Positions 28,259-31,653 of a DNA stretch of 31,653 nucleotides are shown here, in pieces. The stretch is from Nitrososphaeraceae archaeon (GTDB taxonomy: Archaea; Thermoproteota; Nitrososphaeria; Nitrososphaerales; Nitrososphaeraceae). The translations under genes were made by a program, and so were the position numbers. The stretch spans positions 1 through 31,653 of the forward strand of contig DATDNG010000189.1 of NCBI GenBank assembly GCA_036518375.1, in the 5' to 3' direction. Below the pieces are notes generated by a model that worked only from the letters and a program-made list of their open reading frames with translations, was not told the DNA's origin and searched no databases. Every line of letters starts with the position of its first letter. The first letter of the stretch is position 1.

Positions 28259-28280
28259 GGACCCCTACATTTCCACTGGA
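28259..28280 (-). promoter_or_regulatory. Origin recognition box (ORB)
   Basis: Exact 22-bp repeat of 28199-28220. Confidence 0.9.
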
Positions 28281-28469
28281 ATAAAAATGCCTTTATTGAA
28301 ATATAGGTGGTATGTTAACAAGGCAAAGTTGTTAATGCAATATGAACTCTCTCATTTGATGTTAACAAAAACTAAGTAATTTATTATCAATAAAGTTAGT
28401 AGCTGTGTTAAGTGTTAATATGTTAACACTAATTGCACGAAGCAGAAAGATGCTCGAAATTGAGCGTAG

Positions 28470-28640
28470 GTGAAAAAAGATAAAGATAGAACTTGAAGAT
28501 GTTGAAGGTGGCAAGTATAACCTTTCATTAGAAGGTAATATGTCAAAAGATAAAATAATAGAGATCTTTGAATTAATGGAACTGCTTGAACTAAGAGGAC
28601 AAAAAACTAATAATATTAATAATACCGATAGGGTCTACAG
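28470..28640 (+). pseudogene. N-terminal part of an origin-adjacent gene interrupted by IS6
   Basis: KKIKIELEDVEGGKYNLSLEGNMSKDKIIEIFELMELLELRGQKTNN..TDRVYR. The GTG at 28470 is out of frame by one A in an A6 run. Confidence 0.7.
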
Positions 28641-29336
28641 GGCTCTAAAGTTAAGAGATCACTTCCCTGTTACAATGATCTACAAAAAGATTGAACTAAT
28701 TTTGTATATGCTTTAGTTTACATTTCTTTTTTCTGCATGGAAAATAGTAGTCATCAAAGCACTCAGTTCTATCTTTGATATATTGTATAGTTCTTTCTAT
28801 TATGATGCTTTTCTCATGAGAGGAATTGATATGATGATGATCTAATTTCAAGAATTTGCAAGCTTGTGGATACCAGGTTCCACCATCTGTTGGAACTGGA
28901 TGTTTGTCATATCCTTCTGAAAGATTGGATAGGAAAGGTTCTACCACAAACATATTTCGTTCTTTTGATATTATACTAAATAATCCAAGAATTTCCTTAT
29001 TTGTTGGTTGGTTCTATAACAATCCAAAGCCAAATGAATTCTGAACCTACTATCTTGATTACGATCTCATCAATCAACTATGAATTCAGAGATCTTTTTT
29101 TGGAAAATAACTTCTCAGGTTGGTATTTTTGTATCCAATCTCTTATTGCACTATGACTTCTTTTAATAAATCTGGATATTGCTTTGGATGTGCTTCTTAA
29201 TGACAGGCCAAGGGAGTACAGATATAGAAAATATGCTATAATATAATCAGGTTCTGTTCTCTTTCTTATTTGGTATAATATCATAAACGGTAAATAAGGA
29301 GGAAATCTATAGCTTTTTGCTTAACTTTACAGAACC
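28641..29336 (-). mobile_element. IS6-family insertion sequence remnant (696 bp)
   Basis: Terminal inverted repeats GGCTCT--AAAGTTAAG (28641-28655) and CTTAACTTTACAGAACC (29320-29336). Flanked by the 8-bp direct repeat GTCTACAG (28633-28640 and 29337-29344). Confidence 0.92.
28651..29284 (-). pseudogene. IS6-family DDE transposase, multiply frameshifted
   Basis: Fragments LYSLGLSLR..AIRDWIQKY, SEFIVD, GSEFIWLWIVIEP, KERNMFVVE, TDGGTWYPQAC, IERTIQYIKDRTECFDD and HIQN*FNLFVDH (probable TGG>TAG). Confidence 0.9.
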
Positions 29337-29344
29337 GTCTACAG

Positions 29345-29610
29345 GAATGGTAATGACACCAACTCAACAATAGGAACCGCAGAAGTAGAACTTAAGCAAA
29401 ATAATAAAACCTTGGTATCTGGTTCCAAGATATGGAAATTGATTGAGGATAAAGTCTCATCTGTCAACTTCTTCAGATGTTCAAGAGATATTTGAAGAGA
29501 ATTATGACGAACCTATCAACTAAGCATAATTTCTATTATCTGTCTAGGTATTCTGAAAGAGGTAAACTTATTAGGAGCAAAAAAGGGAAGAAATAGGTAT
29601 ACACAACAAC
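29345..29610 (+). pseudogene. C-terminal winged-helix-like part of the IS6-interrupted gene
   Basis: Continues in frame across the target duplication (VYR|NGNDTN..GSKIWKLIEDK). Then TSSDVQEIFEENYDEPI, LSIIS and YLSRYSERGKLIRSKKGKK*VY, with frameshifts near 29465, 29519 and 29536 and a TAG at 29594. Confidence 0.7.
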
Positions 29611-30332
29611 TAGGCAGCAGTCTGTGATTGGAAGTCAGAAGAATACGAGTCAACAGCAATCCAAGGGTCCTTGTAATTTGTTTGCTGATGCGTATTCAGC
29701 TTTAGAAGACCTGTATCCGTGATAGTATATTTAAAGGGTTTGCTACCACTTTCTCTGCTTACAAGGTTTGTTTGATAAAGTCTTTTCATAAGACGTGATG
29801 TATGTTCCCTTGTTCTCCCGATAGCGTATTGTATTTCTCTTGAAGTCCTGGGTCTCTCGATCAGTAATTTTAAGATATGATCTGTAGTGACATTTTGCAC
29901 AGTTGTTGGATTATTTTTGTCAACTATTGTCTTTGATGAGTCCAGAGTGGGCGTTGTCGTGGCCCTATTAGTATAGGGTGTCGAGAATTGTTCTGGCTCA
30001 CGTGATTGATGCTGTGATGTTGAGCTTAGACTATCTGGATTTATATCACGATTAGAAAAACTAAAGGGAACCGGCGATGGATGTTGACGTAGCATCCGTA
30101 ATTCCATAGTGTCTATCCTCGTAACTGATTCCGTAACTGTCTTCTCAAAGCCCTTCAACCTACTCGAATACTCGGAAATAATTGCTTCGATGATATTCTC
30201 GTTAGTCTGCGAAATGGATGTTTTATGATGCAACATTAATTTACTATAAATCATTATGCTGAGAGCACCAATAGCAAAAGATCCTATAATGGACGTCACT
30301 AAGTTCCAATCATAAATCCCGATATTCATCAT
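29610..30332 (-). CDS. Membrane-anchored protein with C-terminal winged helix-turn-helix
   Basis: TM helix LVTSIIGSFAIGALSIMIY, coiled coil, Ser/Thr/Pro linker and wHTH ILKLLIERPRTSREIQYAIGRTREHTSRLMKRLY..PFKYTIT. Start moved to the ATG at 30332. Confidence 0.8.
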   Translation of the reverse strand: MMNIGIYDWNLVTSIIGSFAIGALSIMIYSKLMLHHKTSISQTNENIIEAIISEYSSRLKGFEKTVTESVTRIDTMELRMLRQHPSPVPFSFSNRDINPDSLSSTSQHQSREPEQFSTPYTNRATTTPTLDSSKTIVDKNNPTTVQNVTTDHILKLLIERPRTSREIQYAIGRTREHTSRLMKRLYQTNLVSRESGSKPFKYTITDTGLLKLNTHQQTNYKDPWIAVDSYSSDFQSQTAA

Positions 30333-30385
30333 TATGTCACAATGTAGAGAGATACCGTGATTTATTCTTATAGAGAAAGATAACT

Positions 30386-30757
30386 TTACACCTTGCACAT
30401 TTTCTTTAGAATACTGTTAACAGTAGATGTCACGTTGTATGTAATCTTATTATGAGAAATATCACTATTCACATTATCCAACATCACGACTAATTGATCA
30501 CACATTGTTCCAAGTAGAGAAAGTGTTTGTTGGTCGATAGCTCCAATGGATTTCAATAACAATATACTATAAAGGACGCCGATGATTTTGTTGCGACACT
30601 GCTTTAACTGTCTGTGATACGCACCACGGCTTATATTTTCAGGAACAGTTTGATGAGACAATCGATTATAAATAATATCTATTTGCCTCTCGGTAAATAA
30701 AGAATTTGCAATAATTTCTTTATAAATAATATTAAAGTATGGTTCATACTTATTCAT
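30386..30757 (-). CDS. Conserved-looking hypothetical protein with HTH-like segment
   Basis: SLFTERQI..NISRGAYHRQLKQCR. The upstream track extension overlaps the GGGPS start, so the ATG at 30757 is preferred. Confidence 0.6.
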   Translation of the reverse strand: MNKYEPYFNIIYKEIIANSLFTERQIDIIYNRLSHQTVPENISRGAYHRQLKQCRNKIIGVLYSILLLKSIGAIDQQTLSLLGTMCDQLVVMLDNVNSDISHNKITYNVTSTVNSILKKMCKV

Positions 30758-30895
30758 GAAGCTATACTGATTTGTATACCAACGCATAAAAATATTATGA
30801 TATAGACGGTATAATTGTTTTGTAGAAACATAGTTAAAGAGCATAGAATCATTGATAGCAATGATATACACGGCTATTGACATCTTGGGAGCGAC

Positions 30896-31636
30896 ATGTG
30901 GAATAATGTAGAGGAGTATATTCATAAGGAGATTAAAAAACATGGGACATTATGCTTTCCTCTTATAGATTCTGAAAACTCTTCTGAGGCAGCCTACATC
31001 GCCAAGAAGGCTGAGAAAATAGGAGCTTCTGCAATTTTGGTAGGAGGATCTTCTGCGGTTGATCAACTTGAGCTCATGGAGGTAGTCTCAAGTATTAAGT
31101 CACAAGTCAGCATTCCCGTGATATTGTTTCCTGGCAATGTTACTGGAGTGTCTCCTAAAGCAGACGCTATTTTGTTTAGCTCTTTGCTTAATTCAGAAAA
31201 TCCTTACTTTATTACTGAAGCTCAAGCATTGGGAGCTCTTGCTGTAAAGAAACACAAGATCGAACCATTACCTACTGGTTATTTAATTATAGGTGAAGGT
31301 ACTACCGCATGGTTTATAGGTCGTGCTCGCGGAATCCCCTTCAATAAATCAGGAATTGCCATTATGTATTCTCTAGCGGCACAGTATCTTGGCATGAGAT
31401 TTCTGTATCTTGAGGCGGGCTCAGGTGCCATTCAGAATATCTCGCCACAAATGGTTGCGTCTGTAAGAAAATACTATGACGGAATCCTTATTATAGGTGG
31501 CGGAATTCGAAAACCGGAAATTGCAAAAGAAATAGCTAAAGCAGGTGCAGACATCATTGTAATTGGTACAATTATTGAGAAAGATAAGAACTGGGAAAAT
31601 ATATTCTCTTCAATTATCAACTCTATAAGGAGATGA
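30896..31636 (+). CDS. Geranylgeranylglyceryl phosphate (GGGP) synthase
   Basis: FPLIDSE, ILVGGS, ILFPG, SLLNS.NPYFI, YLEAGSGA and IIGGGIR motifs. Confidence 0.93.
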   Translation: MWNNVEEYIHKEIKKHGTLCFPLIDSENSSEAAYIAKKAEKIGASAILVGGSSAVDQLELMEVVSSIKSQVSIPVILFPGNVTGVSPKADAILFSSLLNSENPYFITEAQALGALAVKKHKIEPLPTGYLIIGEGTTAWFIGRARGIPFNKSGIAIMYSLAAQYLGMRFLYLEAGSGAIQNISPQMVASVRKYYDGILIIGGGIRKPEIAKEIAKAGADIIVIGTIIEKDKNWENIFSSIINSIRR

Positions 31637-31653
31637 TGGAAGCAAATGAAAGT

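Larger units (their letters stand above)
28010..28427. repeat. Array of palindromic GTTAAC (often TGTTAACA) elements across the origin
   Basis: Exact GTTAAC copies start at 28010, 28158, 28223, 28234, 28243, 28314, 28361 and 28422. One-mismatch copies at 28331, 28407 and 28414. Confidence 0.85.
27929..28440. other. Probable chromosomal replication origin (oriC)
   Basis: About 500-bp AT-rich non-coding interval directly upstream of cdc6, containing ORB boxes in opposing orientation. Confidence 0.88.

Noticed and set aside
28199-28280. 22-bp direct repeat with a 38-bp spacer resembling a mini-CRISPR
   Set aside because: The repeat matches the ORB consensus, there are only two copies, no cas genes, and it lies beside cdc6.
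28856-29044. 62-aa plus-strand ORF
   Set aside because: Antisense to the IS6 transposase remnant.
30758-30943. N-terminal extension of the 185-aa minus-strand ORF
   Set aside because: Overlaps the divergent promoter and the GGGPS start; the ATG at 30757 is more plausible.

Overview
AT-rich chromosomal window from an ammonia-oxidising archaeon (Nitrososphaeria/Thaumarchaeota, most like soil Nitrososphaeraceae), inferred from the protein families, the TTG/GTG starts and the IS6 type. It is mostly core genome: a haem/Fe-S cluster (fused AhbAB siroheme decarboxylase, ChdC-like protein, DUF1802, aldo/keto reductase, sufC), a cupredoxin, rpoD-rpl18e-rpl13-rps9, an Amt transporter, the exosome operon (sdo1-rrp4-rrp41-rrp42-rpl37ae-pcc1-pfdB), dUTPase, a RadA paralog, Lsm, bacterial-type metK, rio2, cbiD, a CX5R phosphatase, PolD DP1, cdc6/orc1 and GGGP synthase. 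The most informative region is 27.9-30.4 kb. It holds the probable replication origin, with ORB boxes plus a dense array of GTTAAC palindromes that ORBs do not explain. Next to it is a divergent winged-helix-type gene split by an IS6 remnant (8-bp target duplication GTCTACAG), followed by a membrane-anchored wHTH gene. Direct reading also recovered items missing from the ORF track: rpl37ae and a C2H2 microprotein that apparently need CTG starts, two Cys-rich microproteins, a decayed receiver-domain gene and a frameshifted HTH gene. No tRNA, rRNA or CRISPR array was seen. All family calls come from motif recognition; no database search was run.
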